Shown in pieces: positions 23,289-34,114 of a stretch of 64,000 nucleotides of DNA. The stretch comes from Sphyrna mokarran (taxonomy: Eukaryota), in the NCBI GenBank assembly GCA_024679065.1, contig JAGIQG010000009.1, positions 81,158,001 through 81,222,000 of the forward strand, in the 5' to 3' direction. Position numbers and translations under genes: made by a program. Under the pieces are notes generated by a model, which was not told the origin of the DNA, did no database searches, and was given only the letters and a program-made list of their open reading frames with translations. Within the stretch, counting starts at the first letter, position 1, and each line of letters starts with the position of its first letter.

Positions 23289-24229
23289 ACATAGAACATA
23301 AAACAATACAGCACAAACAGGCCCTTCAGCCCATGAGTTGTGCCGATCACATCTACCAATCCACAGACCTATCTATAACCCCCTATCCTATTCTTTTCCA
23401 TATATTCATCCAGAAGTCTCTTAAAAGACCCCAGTGAGTTTGCCTCAACAACCTCCGACGGCAGTCAGTTCCATTCACTCACCACCCTCTGAGTGAAAAA
23501 CCTACCCCTGACATCTCCTTTGTATTTGCTTCCCTGCACCTTAAATCTGTGTCCTCTCGTAGTGACCATTTCAGCTCGGGGAAATAGTCTCTGAGAGTCC
23601 ACCCTATCTATCCCTCTCAACATTTTATAAACCTCTATCAGGTCGCCTCTCAACCTACGTCTCTCCAGTGAGAAGAGTCCCAGCTCCCTCAACCTATCTT
23701 CATAAGGCCTGCCTCCCAATCCAGGCAGCATCCTTGTAAATCTCCTCTGAACTCTCTCAATAGCCTCTACATCCTTCCTATAATGAGGCAACCAGAACTG
23801 TGCACAATACTCCAACTGGGGTCTGACAAGAGTCTTATAGAGCTGCATCATTACCTCCTGACTCCTAAACTCTATTCCTCGATTAATGAAGGCCAGTACA
23901 CCGTACGCCTTCTTGACCACTTCCTCCACCTGCGAGGCCGATTTAAGAGTCCTATAGACCCGGACCCCGAGATCCTTCTGCTCTACAACACAGCTAAGAC
24001 TCCTACCCCTTATATTGTACTCCTTCATCCCATTATTCCTGCCAAAATGGACCACTACACATTTATCTACGTTGAAGTCCATCTGCTACTTCTCCGCCCA
24101 GTCTTGCATCCTGTCCATGTCCCGCTGCAACTTTTGGCATCCCTCCAGACCATCCACAACACCACTGATCTTTGTATCATCGGCGAACTTGCTAACCCAT
24201 CCCTCCACTTCCTCATCCAGGTCATTTAT
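23289..24229 (-). mobile_element. CR1 LINE 3' fragment inserted in the Gypsy remnant, first unit only
   Basis: ORFs 23465-24082 and SKFADDTK; gaacatagaac tail; absent at the equivalent site ~54020. Confidence 0.88.
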
Positions 24230-24769
24230 GAAAGGGGACAGATTGTTTAATGATGGCGATCTCATGTTGAGTGGGAATTTGGATGGTGGACCCAGTTGTG
24301 GAGAAGACAGGACCAGTCTCATATTTGGGGGAGACATAGGGCTGTGGAGTTAAGGAACATATTGGTTCCCTACGCAAGAGAGTAAAGCAAGCTCCAGGAG
24401 ATGAGCAATTGGGCCCCGTAACCAGTTTGTGTGTACCAGCCTCTGAACAAGACAATTCCATGTCCATCGTGTGGCCAAGGCAGCGTCTGGCTTGGGTGGG
24501 TGAGGCAGAGAAAAGGGGCTGCCCAAGGCCAAGTTCCAGAGATGGTTAGCACATCCATCCCATCAGTGGATCCTGTATCGATGGCTGTTGAAGTGCCCCT
24601 GATAGAGTTGCAGCGTTCCGCAAGGTTCCAGAAATCTCTGGACCAGCTGACATTATGAACTGTCTTTCCCTGGTGTCCCTCCTGTAATATTGTTGTCTCT
24701 CTGCCTGTGTGTTAACTGTTGTACTTTTTGTTTGATCACAGGGAGTCCAAGATGTTCCAGGAGAAGGAG

Positions 24770-25032
24770 TGTGTGAGCCTGGCCCCTTTAAGGGGCAATC
24801 CTTCACAGGCCACATGACCAGACCAGAGCCAATGGACTGTGAGGATGTGAACCTGGGCCAATCGGGAGTGAGGATGATCATTCCTGGGACTGGAGGCTTC
24901 AGTTGGAGTTAGGATGTTGTTGGTAATAGATCTGTCTGCTTGTGTTGTTAAACCCTTCATTGGAAATACTTCTTCTCATCAATAAAGCCTTTAGTGAGTT
25001 ATTTCCAAATCCAGTCTCCTCCACTTATTACA
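24770..25032 (+). mobile_element. Probable 3' LTR of the Gypsy element (second copy 54547-54809)
   Basis: Preceded by polypurine tract aggagaaggag; TG...CA ends; internal AATAAA at ~24981. Confidence 0.6.
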
Positions 25033-25669
25033 ATCAGCATCTCTATCACTTTGGATAGCAACAGTCTCTCATAACATCAAATACACACACTAACTATTCA
25101 ACTCCAACAGTTTCACCAGCTGCTGTCACCCTCCATACTTCCCTCCATTTATTCTGCATTCTCACCATCTCCCCTCCATTTCTCACTGAATCCTCCACTT
25201 TCCTGCTCTTTCCTCTGACCAGGTTCACCTGCCCCCTTCCCCTTGGGATTGTTCGATTGCTTTGTTCCAGAAACTTTCTGGTTGTGGTCAGGCTTCTCTC
25301 CACTGCAACCCGAGACATTCGGTCTGGGCTAGTGTCGATGTTTAACATTCTGTCCCACCTTGGACTGAATACATAACCAGTGAGGGTCCGACCCACACGA
25401 TGAGAGTTTGTCACCGTAAAGGAGTCAGGGATCCCGAATGCTGCCATATAACCTGTGTGTGATAATTATTCACTGGATTTAGCTGAGAGTTACATAATAT
25501 TGGATGTTGTTTTGGAACAAAGGGAAATCTCAATGTTCAGGAAACAGAGGTGATTGAGAAGAAAGGGGTAGCTTCATGTAATAGTGTGTGTGTCTCGCCG
25601 TCAGTTCATGTATATAGTTAAATGCATTGTCGTGTATTATCGAGTTTGTGTGTTTTGTTTTCTTTCTAC

Positions 25670-26553
25670 ATGTTGTAGATAGTCTGCAGGGATGCCTGAA
25701 GTTGCAGTGAGACATAGATAGGATGCAAGACTGGGCGGAGAAGTGGCAGATGGACTTCAACGTGGATAAATGTGTCGTGGTCCATTTTGGCAGGACCAAT
25801 GGAATGAAGGAGTATAATATCAATGGTAGGAGTCTTGGCAGTGTTGAGGAGCAGAAGGATCTTGAGGTCTGGATCCATAGGACTGTTAAATCTGCCCCGC
25901 ATGTGGAGGATGTGGTCAAGAAGGCATATGGTGTACTGGCCTTCATTAATAGAGGAATTGAGTTCAGGAGTCAGTAGGTAATATTGCAACTTTATAAGAC
26001 CCTTGTTAGACCCCATTTGGAGTATTGTGTGCAGTTCTGGTCGCCTCACTAAGGGAAAGATGTGGAAGTTATTGAGAGGGTGCAGAGGAGATTTACAAGG
26101 ATGTTGCCTGGATTGGGGGGTATGACTTATGAAGATAGATTGAGAGAGCTCGGTCTCTTTTCCCTGGAGAGACGAAGTTTGACAGGCGACCTGATAGAGG
26201 TTTATAAGATGTTGAAAGGAATAGATAGAATGGATTCTTGGAGGCTATTTCCCAGGGATGAAACGGTCGCTACGAGAGGACACAGGTTTAAGGTGCGAGG
26301 GGTAAGTACAGGGGTGAGTTTAGAGGTAAGTTTTTCACTCAGTGGGTGGTGAGTGAATGGAATCGGTTGCCATCAGTGGTGGTAGAGGTGAACTCGCTGG
26401 GGTCTTTTAAGAGACTTCTGGATGTGTACATGGGATTTAATGGGATTGGGAGTTATAGATAATTCTGTGGCCTGGTAAGTATAAATATGATCGGCACAAG
26501 TTATGGGCCGAAGGGCCTGTTTGTGCTGTAGTGATCTATGTTCTATGTTCTAT
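25670..26553 (+). mobile_element. CR1 LINE 3' fragment shared by both units (55447-56283)
   Basis: MQDWAEKWQMDFN...RRFTRMLPG; ctatgtt tail. Confidence 0.88.
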
Positions 26554-27096
26554 GAATGAATATTCTGTATTAATTATTCACACAAAGACTGGACTATTTC
26601 TCCCTGGTTCACACACTTTTCTCACACGATACTAACGTGAAAATCTACACCACTAAGAACCAGTGTTCCATGTTCCCATTCTGAGCTTTGAGATCCTTTC
26701 ACATTTAACATCAGTGTGGGTCTTAACACCTCAAACAACATTCTATTTTCTCAAAAGTAACTCTGGAAATTGTTGCTGGGATTTTAAAATGATTCCAGAT
26801 CCGAATAGTTTTATTGTTGAGCTGCCTTCTTTAATCCCTGCTACAAATTGCATCCATTAAACTTTTGGATTTATATTTTGGGAAGAGACAAACACATTTT
26901 AAACTCTTCTTTCAGCACAGAAGCTTTCAGCATTTGGATTTGTGTCAATTGTTCTCAAACCTTCCATAATAAACGTTTCCTGTTGAGAACATTTTCAGGA
27001 CCCAAACCTGAGCCTTTAAACTTTGTAAGAATTATAATTTCCACGATCAAAATTGTAACTCCCTCTTCCTGATGCGTGTGGCTTTGTATCCAGATC

Positions 27097-27760
27097 ATTG
27101 CTTGCAGGCAATCAAGTCGATAAGGTTGTTAAGAAGGCATATGGAGTCTTAGCTTTTATTGGTAGGGGGATTGAATTTCGGAGCCGCAACGTCATGTTGC
27201 AACTGTACAAAACTCTGGTGCGGTCGCACTTGGAGTATTGTGTGCAGTTCTGGTCCCCACATCATAAGAAAGATGTGGAGGCATTGGAGAGGGTACAGAG
27301 GAGGTTTACCAGGATGTTGCCTGGTATGGAGGGCAGGTCCTATGAAGAGAGGTTGAAGGATTTGAGGTTGTTTTCGTTAGAAAGGAGGCGGCTAAGAGGG
27401 GATCTTATTGAAGCATATAAGATGATTAGAGGTTTAGATAGGGTGGACAGTGATAGCCTTTTTCCTAGGATGGAGAAAGCTAGCACGAGGGGACACAGCT
27501 TTAAATTAAGGGTGATAGTTATAGGACGGATATCAGAGGTAGGTTCTTTACCCAAAGGGTGGTTAGGGAGTGGAATGCCCTGCCTGCGGCAGTTGTAGAT
27601 GCGCCAAGTTTGGTGGCGTTTAAGAGGTTAGTTGATAAGTTTATGGAAGAGAAGGGAATGGTTTAGTTTGGAGGGTCATTGCTTTTTTCATAATTGGTCG
27701 GCGCAACATCGAAGGCCGAAGGGCCTGTTCTGCGCTGTAGTGTTCTATGTTCTATGTTCT
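27097..27760 (+). mobile_element. Young CR1 3' fragment, first unit only
   Basis: Near-identical to the 3' part of the 5819-7956 element; empty site agatcaaaagtccc at ~56821. Confidence 0.9.
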
Positions 27761-27929
27761 AAAAGTCCCACATGTTTATTAACACATACTCTTTATCTTC
27801 GATAACATCTTTGTATCTCAAAGGTCGCTTGCTGAAAGGTCAGATTCTTATTGAACAGTGTGTCCATATCAGATCTCCTGTCCCCAAGTAGAAAATAACA
27901 GTGGTCCTGAAGGGGTTAAATCATTTTCC

Positions 27930-28248
27930 ACAGAATCCCTAACGTGCAGAAGGAGTCCATTTGGCCCATCGAATCTACACCATCAACAATCCCATCCCAC
28001 GTCCTATCCCTACGACCCCACACATTTACATCACTAATCTCTCTAACCTCCACATCCTGGGACATTAAGGGGCAATTTAGCATGGCCAATCAACCTGACC
28101 CACACATCTTTGACTGTGGATGGAATCCGGAGCACCCAAAGAAAATCCACGCAGACACGGGGAGAATGTGCAAATTCCACAGTGATCCAAACCGGGAATC
28201 AACCAGGTCCTGGGAGTTGTTAGACAACAGTGTTAATCACTGTGCCAT
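27930..28248 (-). mobile_element. tRNA-derived SINE (HE1-like); orthologue ~56995-57315
   Basis: Reverse complement of the SINE core (cacgcagacacggggagaatgtgcaaa) and head. Confidence 0.75.
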
Positions 28249-29602
28249 TTGGTTCTATACCATGACCATGGTGTGGGAATAAAAATCTTCTTAAAGTTGC
28301 TGGCAATGTTGTTCCATTTGTGATTCTCTGGAAATAAAAACACAAGGTCCATTCTGCTCGAGGGGGGAATGGATTCAGCAATCTGAAAGTTTAAGTTGTT
28401 GTTGCAAAGAGTTCACTCTGGGCCCGATCTTACCAATCGGAGCTGAAGGGCCGGATCCGGATGAAAAACGGACCCGAGCCTTGAATTGTCAGTGCAGTGA
28501 GCTCATCCGCTTATATATATTTTGAAATATTTTCCCAAAGATTGTCAGATTGGAAGATTGAAATGTAACCAACAGAGGAAGTGAAAGAAGCAGCCGAATA
28601 TTTGTTACTGAGACGGGAACAATTATCTGAACAACATTAAACTTTCAGACTCAAAAGAAATAAAAACACTAGCAGTGGAGGGGGTGGGAGGAATCTTGGA
28701 GACTGACACCGACAGGAACAATCTAAACAGCTGAAACTCCCATTTCCTCAGTCCCTGCCCGTCACTGCTCAGGAACTCCCCGAGGGAAACCCTCTCGCTC
28801 TGACACTCTCTCTCTCTCTCTCTCTTTCTCGCTGCCTCTCTCTCTGCTTCTGTCTTTCTCTCCTCTCTCTCACTTTCCCTCCTGGATGAAAGCTTAAATA
28901 ACTTGCTGCAAATTAATTCATTTTCATCTTTCTAATTATTTGAAAAATTCACTGAGTGACATTTTGAGTCGCCAATCTAAATTTTTCCCTCTCACTCACT
29001 ACACCTGACACCAGGAAATGGTCAATACTGTTTTACTGTACCAGTTCGAGCAGCTGGATGTTTGTTACTGAGACGGGAGAAAATGGTGAACCGTGTTCAC
29101 TACCTCCAATCTCCCAGCACAGAAGGCACAGTGGGATACAGTCAGGAGGGAGTTATCCTGGGAATCCTCAACAACATTCCAGACTCCATGTAGTCTCTCG
29201 GTACCATGTCAAACACGGACAAGGAAACCTCCTCTGGTTACCACATACTGTCCCCCCCTCAGCTGATGAACCAGTTCTCCTCCATGTTGAACACCACTGG
29301 GAGGAAGCACTGAGGGTGGGAAGGACACAGAATGTACTCTGGGTGGGGTATTCAATATCCATCACCAAGAGTTACTTGTTGATACAATGGGAGTAGTGAG
29401 ACCGTGTGAGAGGGGAAGGTCAAGGGGAATGTGGTGAATATGGGATGGAGAATTGTGATTGTGATGGTTTAATCCCAGCAACTTTCAGTTTCTTTTCTGT
29501 TTTCAATCTTGTCACTCAAAAGATTCCAGATCAAACTCATCATTTTCAAATGATTGATCATTGGATTTGAATCCAATCTTCTGCTGATGTGTCATTGATG
29601 AT

Positions 29603-29910
29603 GATGTGGAGGTGTCGGCGTTGGACTGGGGTAAACACAGTAAGAAATCTCACACCACCAGGTTAAAGTCCAACAGGTTTATTTAGTAGCACAAACCACT
29701 CGCTTTCGGAGCACTGACCCTTCATCAGGTGAGTGGGAATTCTGTTCACAAATAGGGGCATTTAAACACAAAATTGTAAATTATGTTTATATCTTTATAT
29801 GCCCTGTTTGTGAACAGAATTCCCACTCACCTGATGAAGGGTCAGTGCTCCGAAAGCGAGTGGTTTGTGCTACTAAATAAACCTGTTGGACTTTAACCTG
29901 GTGTCATACT
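29603..29910. mobile_element. Palindromic Penelope-like (inverted pseudo-LTR) non-autonomous element with degenerate hammerhead cores
   Basis: 97-bp perfect inverted arms 29656-29752 and 29807-29903, each containing CTGATGA...GAAA. The family assignment is an inference. Confidence 0.7.
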
Positions 29911-30529
29911 GCTTCGTGTGTCATTGATTGACAGTCCAAGCAACCAATCAGGACAATCACTTGGTGAAATGCAGCCAATCAGCTGATGGGGAGGTGGGAC
30001 ATTTCCAAAGCACTCACCAGACATATACTGAATATTCTTAATGTTTATTACCTTTTACACATTGACATTGACAGAAAAAAGACTTGAATAAAAAGCCCAG
30101 CCAGAGGAAGCTGGAGAAATTCACAGGGAGAATGGAGGTTTATTAAAACACTTGTGGAGATTTTCTCAATAACATGAGAATCTTGTCCCTTTAAACAGTG
30201 ACTAAAGCTTCAATTCTAACTGCAGGGTGAGCAGGAAGGAGGTCTGGTTTACTGAAGCAGATACTTCAGAGGGTCACATTATTTCTGTACAGCTGACAGT
30301 CTTCAGCACTCCCAATAAAGGCACAGCACAGGGTTAATAGAGAGTAAAGCTCCCTCTACAATATCCCAACAATGTTCTTTAACCCCTGACCCTCAGAAGT
30401 GTCTCAGACCCAGACCCAGTCCCAGGAAGGAAGAGAATTGTAATTCATTGCTGACAGTGACCTTTACCCTTCCAGCTCACCCCTGTTCTATTCCAAGTTG
30501 TGTCTCCTCTGTGGACTGTCTCTAACACT

Positions 30530-30858
30530 CTAGGCACATTCTGAACTCCTGATGCTCTTGCTGAGGGGAGAGGAGAGGCTCACGTGGGTGAGGGCACAAG
30601 AGAAGCGAGCGTTGGACTCCCAGTCGGAGCCAGAGAGGGTCAGCAGGCTGCTGACGCTGTAGGTGTTGTCCGAAGCTCGCAGGTAGTTGCTGGTCTGAAT
30701 CCCGTTGGAAATGGCTGCACCGTCCTTCTTCCACTTCACCTCCACCTCATCGGGATAGAAGTGATCGGCAAGGCACACCAGGGTGGCAGTGCCCTTGGTC
30801 TTGACCTCCTCCGAGGAGGGGGGCAGCAGGGTCAGCGTGGGTTGTGAATTCTCACGGG
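30530..30858 (-). CDS. IGKC: Ig light chain constant exon, cluster 2
   Basis: Same 329-nt exon with intact acceptor; ends SIRSSECA*. Confidence 0.96.
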
Positions 30859-33800
30859 CTGGAAGAGAAGAGAAGGAATTTTAATCACTGCCATTTTCAG
30901 ACTTTCAACATCTCGAATATTAACTGGGATTAAATCAGTGTCAATGTTTGAATGTTGCAGAATTCTGAAAATCCATTCGAGGGGAACGTTTTTAACCAGT
31001 ACGGAACAATCCCAACAAGAGAAGGGGCAATTTTAGCAGTTTTAGAGAATGAAACTCAGCATGTGGAAGGTGTATCAGTGAGAGAGCATTTGGGTAATAA
31101 TGATGATAATAGATTTAGAGTAGCTCCGGAAAAGGGGAAAGATCGATCAAGAGTAAACGTTTTAAATGGGAAAAGGCCAATTTCACTAAACTGGAATTTG
31201 CCAAAATGGAAAGGAAACAGTGACTTGAAGGTAAATCAGTGTCAGAGCAGTGGGAGGATATTCGAGCTGGAGATAGAGTTCAGGACATATATGTTCATCA
31301 AGCAATAGTGTGGGACATTGCAAAGAGAATAACTAAGGATTAAATAGGGCTGATTAGAGAGCAAAAAGGTAACTTGTGTGTGGAAAGAGAAGACGTATAG
31401 CTGGTTCTTAATGAATAATTTACATCAAATATCATAAGTGGGAGAGGCAATGTTGACATTGTAGGTTCAAGAGGGGAGGGATTGTGAAATAATTCATGGG
31501 ATAATGATAGTGAGCGAGGAGATATTAATGTATTTATCATCTTTTAAAATGGAGAAATTCCCAGGGCCGGGTGAAATATATCCCAGGATGCGAAGAGAAG
31601 AACAGGAAGAAATAGCAGAGACTCTGACCAATATTTCCAATCCTCTCTGGGTATAGGTGTTAGTGTAGGTGGACTGGTGGATGGAGAATGCTTTTTAAAA
31701 TTAAAAGCTGGTGGGATCCAAGGGAAAGTGGCACATTGGACTTCAAATTCGTTTAATGTCTAAGGGTAAAGGTTTGATTTGAAGCTGGTTGAATCATTTT
31801 GCAATGTTACTGAAACATTTGTAAAGACAGTTACTACAAATTCAGCACTGAAATGGTTAATAGTGAGAGTATTTAAAGACACAGTGTCCCTTTAAGAGAC
31901 TGTTAACCAATCAGGAAGCTGGAACTATTGCTCAGTCTGTCTGGGGGAAACAGGTTGAGCATCAACAAACCTCAGATCACACACAGATCAGGAGAACTTT
32001 ATCCCAGAACATTGGAGCAGACTTGGATCAACACACTTCACACAGGATTCCCATTGGCTGGTGTGGAAACTTCTAGATTTCATTTCAAACCTTACTGCCC
32101 AGCACAGGGCTGAGGTCAAGGGTGAGACTAGAATTAGTCTCAGTGTCCAGGGGTCAGACAGGGTCAGTGCTCCGAATGACTCCATGAACTCTGGAGGATG
32201 TGAGTATGTGGAGAATGGGAGAGAGTCAGGATCAGGAATCTTCAATCTCAAAGACAGAATTACGTTTCTATAGCACCTGTCACCACACCACAATGTCCCA
32301 ATGTGTATTACAGCTCATTGTGCACAGCAAGATCCCAGGGAGCAGAGTGAGAAAGAACAGATAAGCAGATTTGTAGTGATATTGATTGAGGGATGAATAT
32401 TGACCAGTTCACCGGGGTGAACTCCCCTGCTCTTCTTCCAATAGTACCATGGGATCTTTTACACCCTCTGAGAGGGCAGATATCAGATTGTCTCATCTGA
32501 AAGATGGGAGGCCTGTAGTTTAGAGGGGGGGGATATGACAGGTACTGGCCCTTTCCCCATGAAGATTTTGGAAGTGGATGGGGAAAGTGGGAGGTGAACT
32601 AGAGAAACATCTTTGTTGCTGCTGAAACTCTTGCTATCTGCTCAGTCATACCTAATAAACACACAGACACATCAGACAAACATCAGTCTGTTTCTGTGGA
32701 TTCTCTGCTGCTTTCAGTTCAATGAAGAGTGCAGGAGGACATGCCAGGAGCAACAACAGACAGACTGAAAAATGAGGTGTTAACCTGGTGAAGCTACAAC
32801 ACAGAGACTGTGTGCCAAACAGCAGGAGCAGCAAGTGATAGACAGAGTTAAACCATCCCACAACCAATGGATCAGATCTAAGCTCTGCAGTCCTGCCACA
32901 TCCAGCCGTGAATGGTGGTGGACAATTAAACAACTCACTGGAGGAGGAGGCACCACATATATTCCCATCCTCAATGATGGAGGAACCCAGCACATCAGTA
33001 CAAAAGATAAGGCTGAAGCATTTGCAGGAATCTTCAGGCAGAAGTTCTGAGTGGATGATCCATCTCGACCTTCCCCGGAGGCCCTGAAGACTTGTACTCC
33101 AGAACTTCCTGTGTCCCTAACCAAGCTGTTCCAGTACATCTACAACACTGGCATCAACACAACATTGTAACAAATTACCCGGTTATGCACTGTGCACAAA
33201 AAACAGGACAAATCCAATCTACACAATAACCACCCCATCAGTCTACTCTCAATCATCAGCAATGTGATCTGAACATATCCAGAGCGATACCAAGCAGCAC
33301 TTACTCAGCAATAATCTGCTCACTGACACTCAGTTTGTGTTCAACAGGATCACTCAGCTCCTGATCTCATTACAGTCTTGGTTCAAACATGGACAAAAGA
33401 GCTGAACTCCAGAGGTGAGGTGAGAGAGACTGTCCTTAACATCAAGGCAGCATTTCAGCAAGTGTGGCATCAAGGAGCCCTCACAAAACTGGAGCCAATG
33501 GGAATCAGGGGAAAACTCTCCACTGGTTGGAGTTGTACCCGGCATAAAGGAAGATGGTTGTTGTTTGGGGTTTAACTCTACAATCTATATTAATGAGCTG
33601 GATGAAGGGAATGAGAGGAATGTGACTAAACTTGCTGATGATAAAATGAAAAATAGAAATGCATGTTGTGAGGAGGATACAGAGTCTGAAAAGGAATAGA
33701 GATAGGTTCAGTGAGTGGGGAAACATCGACAGATGGGGAATAATGTGGGAAAATGTGAGATTGTCCACTTTGGCAGGAGAATAGAGCAGAATACTAGTTA

Positions 33801-34114
33801 ACTGGAGAAATTCTATCGAGTGATCTGGGTGTCTTTGCATCCAGGAACAGCAAAAAATTAAGAAGGCGAATGGAATGTTGCTCTTCATTCCAATGAGGAT
33901 GAGTATAAAAGGAGGGATGTTTTGCTACAGCACATTGGGAAAATCACACTGAGAATATTGTGGACACTTAGGGTCTCCTTACTTAAGGAAAGATATAGTA
34001 GAATTGGAAAGAGTTCAGAGATGGTTCACTGGGCTGATTCCACCGAATAAGGGATTGTCTTATGAGGAAAGCTTGAGCAGGTTGGGCCAATACTCATTGG
34101 AGTAGAACTTATTC

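Larger units (their letters stand above)
19985..24655 (+). mobile_element. Decayed Gypsy/Ty3 LTR retrotransposon internal region, interrupted by CR1 and SINE insertions
   Basis: Remnants of the RT-RNase H connection (LLVHFDPK), RNase H (GVGAILSH..ERP..F..RTL..YSQI, DHKPL) and integrase (HGLPEVLLSDNG..FT, HPASNG). Orthologue at ~48665-54430. Confidence 0.85.

Noticed and set aside
29127-29165. Perfect CACAGTG 3' of C, oriented like a kappa-deleting element
   Set aside because: No nonamer at 12 or 23 bp, and the heptamer lies in apparent LINE-derived sequence; not supportable as a deleting element without junction data.
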